22,303 bases of DNA, taken from NCBI GenBank assembly GCA_010093815.1, contig ML996597.1, one strand, 5' to 3'. The notes below the pieces were generated by a model. It was not told where the DNA came from. It was given only the letters and a program-made list of their open reading frames with translations, and ran no database searches. The position numbers and the translations under genes were made by a program. Position 1 is the stretch's first letter. Every line of letters starts with the position of its first letter. The stretch is from Pseudovirgaria hyperparasitica. Taxonomy: Eukaryota. This document shows positions 1 to 11,432 of this stretch, piece by piece.

Positions 1-2349
1 TCAGTCTATCAGGAGCTGACAGTATTCCTGTGGGTGGTATGCTACAACGTCACCATCATCATCCCCAATCTCATCAGATGTCCAACGTAGACCCTCGACT
101 ATCGAACGATGTTTCGATGGCACTAAACGGGTACGGTCATCTTGAAGACTTTTCTGGGAGTATGATGAGTTCACATGCAGCTGTCAACGAAGGGCACAAT
201 GATCAATCCACTACTGGATTTATCACCAATTCGGTTATGCGCAAAGAACACACCCATGTGTATCCAGAAGATCCATATATCATCAGTCCTTCGAGAGAGA
301 TACAACACCAGAACGTCTTCCAATTGCCACCAGGCGAATCGCCAATATCGACAAGCTTTCTCAAGAGCGCCTCTACAGGGGGGTCTCCCGCCTGGTACAA
401 TATAGGCTCCCCATCTACAGGAATGTACGGAAATACAACCCACATTCCGACTCAAGGCCTTCGATACCCGGTCCTCCAACCTCTCTTGCCTCACCTCAAT
501 GGTCTACTACCAACTTCAATATCCTGTGATCTGCTAGAGCTGTACTTTCAAAGCTCGTCGTGCGCATTCATTCGGCCCTTATCCCCATATGTACTTGGTT
601 ACGTCTTACGCAAGCGATCCTTCCTTCGTCAGATGAATCCCCGAGCATGCAGTCCAGCTTTACTTGCAAGCATACTGTGGATAGGAGCGCAGACCAGCGA
701 GTCCCCATTTCTTACCACTCCACCGTCAGCTCGTGGCAAGATCTGCCAGAAGCTGCTTGAGCTCACCATCAGTCTACTCAGGCCCCTCATTCATTCTCCG
801 GTTGCTACGAATGACACTGCTCCCAGCTACGCTGCAAACACGGTCGTCAATGGGGTCGCATTAGGCGGCTTTGGGGTTGCCATGTCTGGTCAATCTAGCG
901 AGATAAATGGCTCTCCAGGTGCTGCTGGTAACTTGGACGACGTTATAACTTATATGCATTTGGCAATTGTAGTCTCTGCAAGTGAATACAAGGCAGCCAG
1001 TCTTCGATGGTGGAATGCAGCATGGTCCTTAGCACGTGAGCTAAAACTCGGACGCGAGCTTCCTCCAAATACCGTCGTGGTACATGACTTACACCCTGAA
1101 CAGCGTGAAGATGATGTACCTGGCGGTATCGAAATCGATGTATCTGATATAGGACATATCCAGGATCAACCGGGATGCTATTCTGAAGAGGAGCGTGAAG
1201 AGCGACGAAGAATCTGGTGGCTTCTCTACATCATGGACAGACATCTGGCTTTATGCTACAATCGGCCCCTTTTCCTCCTAGACTTAGAGTGTGATGGATT
1301 GTTACAGCCAGTCGATGACTGTGTGTGGCAAAGTGGAGAGTTCTACATCCCAGAATCCAGCTCGACAGATCCAAATTCAAACTATCTTAGACAACGAGGA
1401 CCGACATTTCACTGTACTGGACACAGTATCTTCGGATATTTCTTGCCCCTCATGACAATATTAGGGGGCATAGTCGATCTTAATCATGCCCGCAATCATC
1501 CTCGATTCGGACTAAGAAATCGCAACGGCCGTGAATGGGACGAACAGGCCGCTGAGATAACACAACAGCTTGAAGCATATGAGCACAGCCTTCAGCACTT
1601 CGAGGAACGATTCTGTGGTAGCCTCAAGCACGACGAAGCTGCGAACGGTAGCAGTCATAATGCCGAAGTGCACAGTCCCTCTACTCATTCTATTCACTCC
1701 TCCAGCTCCAGGACTACCGACCAAATATTGCAAACCAAGATTGTCGTCGTCTATGGCACCCATGTCATGCACACACTTCATATACTGCTTAATGGCAAAT
1801 GGGACCCAATCTCACTCCTTGACGACAACGACCTGTGGATCTCATCACAAGCATTTGTAACAGCTACGGGCCACGCGGTCGATGCGGCAAAGGCCATACG
1901 CAACATATTGGACTGTGACCCAGATCTAAGTTTCATGCCTTTCTTCTTCGGAATCTATCTACTGCAAGGGAGCTTCTTACTACTTCTGATTGCAGATAAG
2001 TTACAGGAAGGGGCAACTCCCAGTATTGTTGAGGCTTGCGAAACTATCGTCCGCGCTCATGAAGTGTGTGTCGTTACACTTAATACAGAATATCAGGTGT
2101 GTCATCCAATTCACTTGTCACCTGAGCATGCTTCCATATTGCATCTCTTCATTGGAGGCAACTGTGCGATCGGCACATCTCTTGTTCTATCATTGCTGAC
2201 TTTTGACGTAGAGGAATTTCCGAAAAGTCATGCGGTCCGCTTTGATGCAGGTTCGCGGGCTAGGCGACTCAGGGGAACAACAGTTGCGGCGACGCGAGGT
2301 CTTAGCTTTGTACCGTTGGACAGGTGATGGAAGTGGACTCGCGCTATGA
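1..2349 (+). CDS. xlnR: Xylanolytic transcriptional activator XlnR/Xyr1 (Zn2Cys6 family), 5'-partial; join(<1..2096,2212..2349)
   Basis: Frame is open from the window start. It has XlnR motifs [68 protein letters not shown] and [25 protein letters not shown]. Intron 2097-2211 (GTGTGT...GCTGAC...TAG) restores the canonical C-terminus [11 protein letters not shown]...[15 protein letters not shown]. The Zn cluster is upstream of the window. Confidence 0.95.
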
Positions 2350-4264
2350 TCGAAACCATGGCTATATTACCATCATATGGAAACGTCATCATGCTCCTAC
2401 AGTCATGATATATTAACGATAGATACACTGCATATTCATGCGGTAAATGAGTGATAGTGATACGATTTCGGATGGATCCGGTAGGCCCCCAGAAGCGCAA
2501 ATGATGGGCCTAATCAGGCCGGTGCATTTTCTCATTCTCATTGTCTACTACTAGATCCTTCTTTCACTCTCATGTACTATAGTGTTCGATATACCCAGGG
2601 TGGGTTGTCGTTAGTGTGAACGCAAGCTGAGCACACCTGTACCAATATCAATAGCATGGTGGCATGGATGTTATGGCATATACATGGGTGCGAATGTTTG
2701 TTGGCTGATTCTGCGTCTTTTGTCGAATAACAACAGTCTGCCAAAGATATGAAACTGGTCCACGGAAACAGTCTAGGAGAGTTGAACGTGAAGAATTATA
2801 TTCGAATATCGGTTTGCACCCTGTAAACATGAACTCCGGAATCTGCAATGAGATCAAAATATGGGCGTGGAAACGATCAACGACTCTAGACTATAACTCG
2901 AGCAGCAGTAATTTTAAACATATCCAACGGTCCGCGACCCGCTCTAGGCCAACCCAATGCATATAATAGCTTAAGAGATGTGACTTACTTCACCTCCAAT
3001 AGTAGTGGCGTATAATGTTTTGCTGACCGCAACGACCCGTTACCTATAACCACCCCCCCCAACCCTATCGTGCCTGTGAAGATCTCGGCATTCTATGACT
3101 CAGCCAATAGCTATGGTACATTTCTCCAACTAAGGGTAAATTAACCTGGTACCGATCTCTTCTGGAAACAGAGGACCCACCAAAGAGTGCTTTCCTCGTG
3201 GCATTCGTTGCCATCGCCAGGACCTACCACCCGCTCGCCCTAGACTCAACTTGACACTCCCGGGCATGGGGATGTACAGCTGGAATTTAGCCTAAAATCG
3301 CATACTGCTCATGGGACAGCCAGGGCACCCAAAGCAGCGAGATGACTAGATCCATAGAGGACCGCCAATATCCAGTACCAGTTCTCTTCGCATGAGTTAC
3401 GAGTCACAGCCTAGAAAAAGGCTTGCAGAGTGCCAGTATGACGGCTGTAACAGGCATATGCATCCATCCTGATAAGAGATTGTTCACCCCTGAATAACAT
3501 TCTAGCATCTAGAGGTGGGAGCAGTAACAATTTGCTGGTGCCCTAGGAGCAATCACAGGATGAGGATGTGCGAACCGCTCCCGTTGTTCTCACCAGTTGC
3601 AGGCCTTTGTCCTGTCGCGCAATAGGGCTTTGCCAGGCAGCTGCTATATTTTGTTTCATATTAAGTCACGTCCGGTCAGCACAGCGTGCGTCCAGTGGAT
3701 CTTCTTATATTCCGTGGTACAGGGTGCCTTTCGATCGCCAACCTGAGAAGGTTGTCTACTTCGTATCAAAACTCAGGAGCCGTCAGAACTCGTCAGCTCC
3801 TACCTGTACCTTGTTCGCCCAATACAAGTGAACCCGTATGACGGAGCACATCTGACAAGATCTATATGCCAATACTTGCGCAACTAGCTTACAGTACAAC
3901 GCAGGATCGATGCAAACTGTGCTAATTGAGGCTGCGACCGGGCAGAGCTATCCTTGAGGGTGATAGTGCGTTCAAACTTGATGGAATTGTAAGCGCGTTT
4001 CGTGCTAAGGCAACTGTTGCACTTTCATTGGGGCATCAATTCGGGTGCTTTTACCGAGTATATCGGGTGCACCGTCTTCAAGCATGTACAGGCCGGATCT
4101 ACGATCTACTGACTTACAAGCCTTTTCACTTTACAACTCGGCGTGGCGCTCCTATTTGCATTTCGGCGCCATTGATTTCTCAAGGCTTCTGTCGATTGAA
4201 TAGTTCAAGCAGGTGGACCCTGTTCTGGTGATGGGCTATCAGCTGAAAGCATTGTATTGTAGTA

Positions 4265-6368
4265 TTAGCCTTGGCTGTTGCGTTTCTTTGCTTCTTGCAC
4301 AGCTCGATCCCAGCTCGTTCGCCAAATGAAGATGTTGTTGATTAGCGCGACAACGGCCAACCCAATGGCTGGTCCAGCCCAGAGACCGTGAAGCTCCCAG
4401 CCAAGACCAAAAGCGGTACCAAATGATATTGGTAGCCCAACGATGTAATACGCAAACAAGCTTACGTATCCACCAATCTCTTGTCGCCCTAGGCCGCGTA
4501 GTATACCATTGCAATTGGTAGCAATAGAATCAACTACAGTTGTGTCAGTTCCGAGATCGCTTAACCACATATGATCTGATAATCGACTTACAGAGTTGGA
4601 ATGCCGCACATATCGGCAGTACACCGGCGACAAGATCAATAACCTCTGGGTCTGACGTGAATAGCCTCGGAATGTACGCCTTCAGACTGCTTAACAAGGT
4701 TGTATTCAGTACTCCCACGAAGACAGCAGCTACCATGGCGACTTTTGCAGCCATCCTTGCAGGCTCTGCAAGTGTTGCACCAATAAGATTGGCTATACGT
4801 GTACTGGCGGCGATGCTCATCGGGAATGGGATTTGAAAGGTGAGTGCTGCGACTGTGCTGAGGATGCTTTGCGCAGCTAGATGGCTCGTAGAGAACCAAC
4901 TCGCAGACAGAGTTAGTATTTCGAAGGCCAAGAATTCCGCGAGAACCATGACTAATCCCGGTAGAGCAAGCTTGATCATCGGCCACCAATTTCGAAAGGC
5001 ACGCTTAGAGAACCCTCCCCAGCATTCCATGCCGTGGACGAAATAAACGTAGATGAAGAGACAGAGAGGGAGGAGGTTCTCGGTGACAGCGACAGCAATT
5101 GGCGCCCCAACGAAACCCCACCCGAACACCTAGGTATCAATTAGCAAATGTGTGTGAATACATGTCTGTGACTAAACCAACCCAGACGAATAAGTAATTC
5201 ATCAAAGCATTCGTGGGTGCACAAATGAGTAAAACATATGTTGTGGCTGAGAATAACCCTTGCGCCTGTACATAACGCTTTCCACTCTCAAATGCTGCAT
5301 AGCCGGGGGCTCCGATCAAAAGAATCTTGAGATACAGTCCAGCGAGGCGTGCGGTTTCCTTCTCTGGTACTATAGCTTCGAGAATCTGTGTACCGAGAAG
5401 CCATATTATCGCGATTGGGATTGTGATTGTCCAAAGAAAATACACCATGCGCTGTAGCTGCAAGCCAACTAACTTTTTGTGACCAGAACCATACGCCTGA
5501 GCAGCCAGGGTATCTAAGCTAGTCGCGAGCCTAGGTATGTGAGAATTATTTTGCAAATCGAATTGTGAACTTACCCTTGGTACACGGCGTAGCCGGTAAT
5601 GTTAGCGGTCATACTGGCGAGTGACACAGCGCCAAGCTCTACCTTCCCGATGTGGCCAACTGTGAAAATGCTCGCGACAGTCAGCGAGTATTGCAGTAGG
5701 AACGTGAGAATCAGCGATCTCGAATATCTCGCCAGGACCTTAGACTCCCTCTGCCACGTCGTCTGAATCTTGCCTGCAAGTACCGCACTCTCCCAAGTCC
5801 GGTCGATCAAGCTGGGATTGTCGATACCTCCATAGGGTCTTGAAGGGTCACCAATCAGTGGTGTATCTTCGTTCACTGCTCTGTTTAGGTACTCGTGCTC
5901 GGCTCGTCTACTTTCCTCATCTGGAACACTCTGCACCTTCCTCAGACGACCAAAGGACAGTTGTGATTTGAGCTTTTGTGCCATAGTACTATCGCTGGAT
6001 CGTCTGGGATGTTTTGGTGGTATTATATTGTTGTCCCTAAGCAGACTTCTTTCTTCATTCCTCGCTACTTCTCTCTCTGCTTTCGATAGATGTACATGTT
6101 CGAGCTTGTTCGCGGTAATAGTAGAGCGGGGGCCTGTCGCGATATAACTAGGTCGTCGATACGATTCGGCCAAACAATGCCCCAGCGGTTGGTTGATGGA
6201 GTCTGTATCAGAATCTCCGTCCCCATCAAGGTCCCCTGTATCATACTGGTCGGAGATGTCCTGTGCTATGCTAGCTGCAGCAATTGGCGATGAGGAGAGA
6301 TAGGTGTGTAGCTGGGAAGTGTGTGAAGCACTGTTGCCGCGCGCACGAACAGGAGGTGGCTCTGACAT
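4265..6368 (-). CDS. MATE family efflux transporter (fungal ERC1-like); complement(join(4265..4533,4592..5129,5182..5530,5575..6368)), ~649 aa
   Basis: MATE motifs VGHIGKVELGAVSLASMTANITG, GLATSLDTLAAQAYG, SIAASTRIANLIGA and NGILRGLGRQ. Three GT-AG introns (5531-5574, 5130-5181, 4534-4591) join the ORF-track pieces in frame. The ATG at 6368 (caccATG) is preferred; an in-frame ATG at 6383 is an alternative. Confidence 0.93.
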
Positions 6369-6640
6369 GGTGACTTGTGGCATGGACCTCGTCAATCAAT
6401 GGCTATGGTGGTTCGAGAGACGAAAGAGTGATTGTGTCGAGGGCAATAAGCTCGTGAAGTGACTCCGACTGAGTGGAATCCATTTAGACGATGGATCGGG
6501 TATCGTGGTGCGGTTATAGTGCGGTGGAGCTACCAGGGAATGGTCTGTTGGTGGGGCTGGACTAGGACGGGATGATGTAGGATGAGGTGGTTCAGGCTGG
6601 CTGCAAAGATAAATCGACTTCCAACGAAGGTATATGTATA

Positions 6641-6650
6641 TATTTATATA
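6641..6650 (-). promoter_or_regulatory. Candidate TATA box (TATATAAATA) for the MATE gene
   Basis: AT-only island about 270 nt upstream of the MATE ATG on the minus strand, in otherwise mixed-composition sequence. Confidence 0.4.
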
Positions 6651-7171
6651 TGAGCCGGGTATAATGATGCTAATATTATGGATGCTGCGCTGGGGTTTCG
6701 TGCGGGGCTGTGGGAGGCACAGGTAATTATCCATGAATGGATCCTGGGCCCGTACCATTCATAGCTAATAGGTTATCCGATTGTCCAGGGAAGCAACCTC
6801 AAACAACGCCGTGGAGGTCAGTCACAGGAGTTTCTCCATCTATTCACATTGTCTCATGATGGTTGGGTTCTAGCTCACGCAACGACGACGACGGAACCCT
6901 TGTTACCGTTACGCCCATGCTGACAGTCCCACTAGTGACTTTTTCAGTGTCCTTGTTCGGTAAAGGCTCATTCTGAATCATAATGTTTAATCCCAGTGGC
7001 GAAGTACTACACCCTCGATTCCTGGCTCGAATCTCGGATACTGTACAATGGCTCAAATAATGATAGGGGCTCTGTGCCGATCAGAGATGCAGGTGAAGAT
7101 GCTGTATTTAAGAGATAGTAGCGCTCATTCCTGTTTCATTCGTTATATCTCTCGATTTTTAATTCTCGCCA

Positions 7172-7181
7172 GTCACGTGAC
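7172..7181. promoter_or_regulatory. Perfect palindrome GTCACGTGAC (extended E-box, Cbf1/bHLH-type site)
   Basis: 10-bp palindrome in the divergent MATE/ABC-F intergenic region, 5 nt before the ABC-F ATG. It matches the RTCACGTG Cbf1 consensus; function is untested. Confidence 0.4.
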
Positions 7182-7186
7182 CCATC

Positions 7187-9560
7187 ATGATCGCGTCAAC
7201 ATCAACTATTGTTGCTACATGCCAACAGACGAGGTTTCATCTCCTAGCAGACAGAAGATCATCCGAGGTATGTTCAACGAAATGGGTACTATACTCATCT
7301 GCTGAAGCGCACAGGTGGCCATACAGAAGCTCAACCTTTCCATTATCCCAAAATGCGCCTCTGTTGGGACTCGTGCCAAGACTGCGAAAATCAAGGACAA
7401 ATCGGCCCCGGCTCTTGACATATTGGTTGATGCAGACTTGAAATTAAAATCCGGAGTCCACTATGGTCTTTTGGGTCGCAATGGAACCGGCAAATCCACT
7501 TTGCTGCACGCAATGGCTGCAAAGCTTATCCCAGGGTTATCTTCCGCCACGAAGATAGCTTTGCTACAACAATATGTGTCGGACAGGCAGACGAAATCAG
7601 GGCCATCCGCACGGATCACTTTTAATGGATCCACAGGCCCATCCATGCAGCACAACGCCTTAGAATACGTGATCCAGAGCAATACGACCAAGATCGATAT
7701 CGAATCGAAGCTAGACACGCTCCGGGCTGCGGAGGAAGGGCTAGACGAGCGGTCCCAGCTCAAAGCATATCATATGCTACGCTATCACGAACTGCAAGCT
7801 GCTCTTACAGAATCACGTAAGAATGCTACTCTTAGGAGTGGCTCTCGAGGCTCGGAAGCTCGAAAGGAACTTCTCGCTCTGGAAAAGACTGTCGCAGAAT
7901 ATGGTAAGGAGATTGATTCTGAAGAACCATCCCTTCACTCAGTCGAATGCCAGCATGAACTCGAAAAAGCGGCCGAGAGAATAGCAGAACTTCAATCCCA
8001 GCTTGACGAGATAAAGACTGCTGATATTGATAGCAAAGCGCTCGATATGTTAACTGCACTCGGGTTTTCCAACAAGGAACTTCAGACTCCGGTCGTGAAC
8101 CTATCGGGTGGGTGGCAAATGCGATGCCTTCTGGCCAGCGTGCTCCTCCAGGACGCTGATATCATAATTCTGGATGAACCAACTAACTTCCTGGATATGC
8201 TTGGTATCATCTGGTTACAAAGGTATTTGATCAGTATACGGTTTCGGTCAACGCGTACGTTTGTGATTGTATCGCATGATCGAGATTTTATGGATAGCAT
8301 ATGTGAAGAGGTGATTGTCCTCAAGGATCAATCTCTACTATACTTCGATGGTAATATAACCGAGTACGAACATGATCTTAGGTCGAGGAGAAAGTATCTC
8401 ACGTCCATGAATGATGCCCAGGATCGCCAGAAAGCGCACATGTCGAAGACAATTTCTCAAAACATAAGAGCCGGAAAAAAGTCTGGTGATGACAATAAAC
8501 TACGACAGGCGGCTTCACGGCAGAAGCGACTCGATGAGAGATCTGGTATGCAAGTCAATGCTAAAGGTGGTCGGTTCAAGTTGAATCGTGATCTTGCGGG
8601 TATGTATTCCATGTGTGAGGATGTATCACGATACTCAGCATGTTACTAGGATACCATCTAAGCAATCGACGAGAAATCGATATCCCGCCGGAAGAAAGGA
8701 CAACGAGCATATTACTACCTCAACCACGTGAACTTCGGTTTCCTGGGCCACTGGTGTCCCTTCAGAATGTTTCATTCTCTTACACGTCGAACAAAGATTT
8801 CATTCTTCGTGATATTAACCTCAATATACATATCGGTTCACGTACTGGAGTAATAGGCCTCAATGGTTCGGGTAAAACCACCCTGATTCGACTCATTACA
8901 AATCGAATCAAGCCAAAATCAGGCACAAGCACTTACCATCCTCGCCTCAAGATCGGACACTACTCCCAGCCCATAGTTGAAGAGCTACGTGCTGAAGGAC
9001 AGAATTGCCCCGAGCTGACGTCACTCGCGAAACTGGCATCTGTGTCTGCCGAGGTAATGGATGAAAGTGATATGCGTGCACTGCTTGGTTCGTTCGGATT
9101 GCCTGGGCGTCTTGCCTCTGAGGTCCCCGTTGCAAATCTGTCTGGAGGGCAACTGGTAATACGTCATGACTTTTCTGTGATCTGCACAGGCTGATCAGTC
9201 CATTAGGTGCGACTTGCCCTTGCATGCATCGTTTGGGACCATCCACATTTACTGGTCCTAGATGAAGTTACAACTCATCTGGATCTTTATACAGTCAAAG
9301 CTTTAAGCAAAGCACTACAGTCTTTCAGTGGCGCGGTGATACTAGTCACTCACGATCGTTTTATGATGAAAGCGGTGATTGAAGGTGACAAATCCCTAGG
9401 CTCGAGTGATATTGATGACATGTCCAGCGACGATGAGGGAAAACCGCGAACAGCTCGTGCTACTTATGCCCTCAAGAATGCAAATTTGATGATACAAGAG
9501 TCTGGGGTCTGGCAATTTGAGCAGAGCCTAGGACCGCGACTAGATAAGCTATTCGTGTAA
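7187..9560 (+). CDS. ABC-F family ATPase (two nucleotide-binding domains, no transmembrane domain); join(7187..7267,7315..8599,8650..9155,9207..9560), ~741 aa
   Basis: NBD1: GRNGTGKST, LSGGWQMR, ILDEPTNFLD, VSHDRDF. NBD2: GLNGSGKTT, LSGGQLVR, VLDEVTTHLD, VTHDRF. Introns 7268-7314, 8600-8649 and 9156-9206 are GT-AG and give a continuous frame (2226 nt). Confidence 0.92.
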
Positions 9561-9630
9561 TATGTTAAATAAGTCCAGAAATATAACCTTAAAAGTATTA
9601 TATATACAGACGATACATATTATAAGTCCC

Positions 9631-9694
9631 TAGTACTAAGCAGCAGCTATTATATAGTACCAGGTAGCAGCATATAGCACCAGGCAGCAGCTCC
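9631..9694 (+). repeat. Three degenerate tandem copies of a ~20-24 bp unit (core TAGCACCAGGCAGCAG)
   Basis: tagtactaagcagcag (9631), tagtaccaggtagcag (9655), tagcaccaggcagcag (9675). Confidence 0.7.
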
Positions 9695-9939
9695 ATCGCT
9701 TGAACAGTAAGTACCATTGATAAAGGACCTCAAGAAACTCTACCACCTAACCACCAGGTCAGGATTAGTGAAGCGCTGTGCTGCGAACCATTCTCGTAAG
9801 CACGACAAAATAGCGAGGGTAGGGTAGACCGATGATTTGAATTCGCGAATTGGAATAGGAATAACGGTCATTATAGTTCAAGCTCTAGACCTTATGTACT
9901 AGGCCATTTAAATTTAAAAATACTTGTATTTGCTCATTT

Positions 9940-10815
9940 TCAGATGAGTAGTTCTTCTAGTAACGCTTGTCCGTGTGGTTTTAGATCCGGAAATTTGGAA
10001 ATCGAGTAGAAATCAAGCCAAAACCCGCGTGCATCTTCGTGTGGTGCCATATGTTTGCGTAAGATCGTCTTCCATTCTTTGTCTTCCGATCCAAGACCAA
10101 TTCCAGCGGCAGTATATTCCCACCATACGGGGAAGTACCCACTTGCCTCCCAATCCAAAATACCTGTGAGATTGCCGTTCTCCACCATGATGTTACCACT
10201 GTTTAAGTCCCCATGAGTAAAAGTGAAAGGGCCTGTAGAAGGCATTCGTTGTCGCAAACGCTGACAAGCCTTCTCGGGTACTCCTCTCAGAGCTTTTTTT
10301 AATTCAGCCCAGAGGTCATCATCGGAGGCGAAGGGGCCATGAGGGATGCCATAGTCGGGTGGAAAGAGGAAAGCCGAGTATAGCGGCTTCATATCCACAC
10401 TCGCCAAGTGATGGGAATGGAGCTGCCGAAGCTGTTGGAGAGACTCGGCTGTTTGTACTGCGATACGTTCTTTGTCATCTCTTGAGAGCTTGCTCCACAT
10501 TGCTTGTAACGTAGTCCCAGGGACGCGATGCATGACTGTAAAATGTCGTCCATTGCTTTCAGTCCATTCTTCAACGATGCTAGGCACCGGGATTGTAGTC
10601 TTCTCTTGTATTAGACGAATATTAGGAGCTTCATTATCCGGTGGCTGGTTTGATCTCTCCTTCAGGATCAATTTAGACCCTACGGACCAGACACCACGGT
10701 CGCTGACTCCGTAGACCAGCTTCACATGGCTCTCATAGCGACAAGAATGCTGACGTGTTGAAGACCAGCTACAGGCGCAGCAGGGAATGTCAGTACCTAT
10801 ACCGGTACTAGTCAT
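9940..10815 (-). CDS. Aminoglycoside phosphotransferase/choline kinase (APH)-family protein, 291 aa
   Basis: Intact ORF with TTIPVP, the catalytic-loop motif FTHGDLNSGNIMV, the metal-binding GILDWE and SGYFPVWWEY, typical of fungal APH-like kinases. Confidence 0.9.
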   Translation of the reverse strand: MTSTGIGTDIPCCACSWSSTRQHSCRYESHVKLVYGVSDRGVWSVGSKLILKERSNQPPDNEAPNIRLIQEKTTIPVPSIVEEWTESNGRHFTVMHRVPGTTLQAMWSKLSRDDKERIAVQTAESLQQLRQLHSHHLASVDMKPLYSAFLFPPDYGIPHGPFASDDDLWAELKKALRGVPEKACQRLRQRMPSTGPFTFTHGDLNSGNIMVENGNLTGILDWEASGYFPVWWEYTAAGIGLGSEDKEWKTILRKHMAPHEDARGFWLDFYSISKFPDLKPHGQALLEELLI

Positions 10816-11141
10816 CGAGACTTAAAGACAAGGGAACTGTATAGAAAGGGCATTCGGGAATCTCGCTGCAGCTAATCACAGTGTTCTAGGTCGTCCCTTG
10901 GTCCTACTAGGTTACGTCTATCCATTTGTCCATAGTTAGTTACATGAGAAAGCTTATACTAGGTCTAATCTATTCTTATATAAGATTCTTTTTAATATAC
11001 TTCTAAAGAACTTATAGTTTAGGTTCTAAAAGAGAGTAGATAGATCTATATAGAGGTTATTAGCTCTCTTTAAGATTAATAGTAAGGTTAGTAGATTAGT
11101 ATTAGAATAACTTAGAGAAGTTAATTAGTAATATAATATAT

Positions 11142-11144
<3 letters not shown>

Positions 11145-11177
<33 letters not shown>
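11145..11177 (-). repeat. (AAT)11 microsatellite = (ATT)n 3' tail of LINE copy 1
   Basis: The same tail follows the homologous 3' ends at 20088-20099 and 21268-21282. Confidence 0.9.
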
Positions 11178-11178
<1 letters not shown>

Positions 11179-11397
11179 TTAGTAAACTAGGTAGAGTACC
11201 ACTCTATAGACGCATGCCTTCTCTAGTCTAAGCTACTATATAAGAAGAAACCTATAAATAGGAAAAACTCCCTTATATCTATAACTACGCTCTATCTATC
11301 CTCTCGTTCTTTATATATATATAGCCCTAGGGGCTATCTATAGGCCTATAGCCTATATTATAATAGTTTACCCTTAGGTAGCACGTATAGATACGGA

Positions 11398-11432
11398 GAT
11401 TATTAGTTAAGGGCTACCCTTAACTAATAATC
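11398..11432. repeat. Perfect palindrome/hairpin, 16-bp arms and 3-nt loop, at the ORF2 end of LINE copy 1
   Basis: gattattagttaaggg-cta-cccttaactaataatc. Confidence 0.95.

Noticed and set aside
2097..2327. ORF-track C-terminus of XlnR (VCHPIHL...PLDR)
   Set aside because: Intron read-through; splicing gives the conserved XlnR ending.
3046..3068. caacccta as a telomerase RNA template
   Set aside because: Does not give the ~1.5 repeats (TAACCCTAA) expected for TTAGGG telomeres, and there is no other support.
3287..3292. GGCTAA (XlnR site) on the minus strand
   Set aside because: A single hexamer downstream of both flanking genes, expected by chance.
3568..4231. 87-aa and 101-aa intergenic ORFs
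   Set aside because: Non-ATG starts and no recognisable motifs.
6396..6758. 120-aa minus-strand ORF upstream of the MATE gene
   Set aside because: No recognisable domain, spans the candidate TATA box, and has no evident splice connection to the MATE frame.
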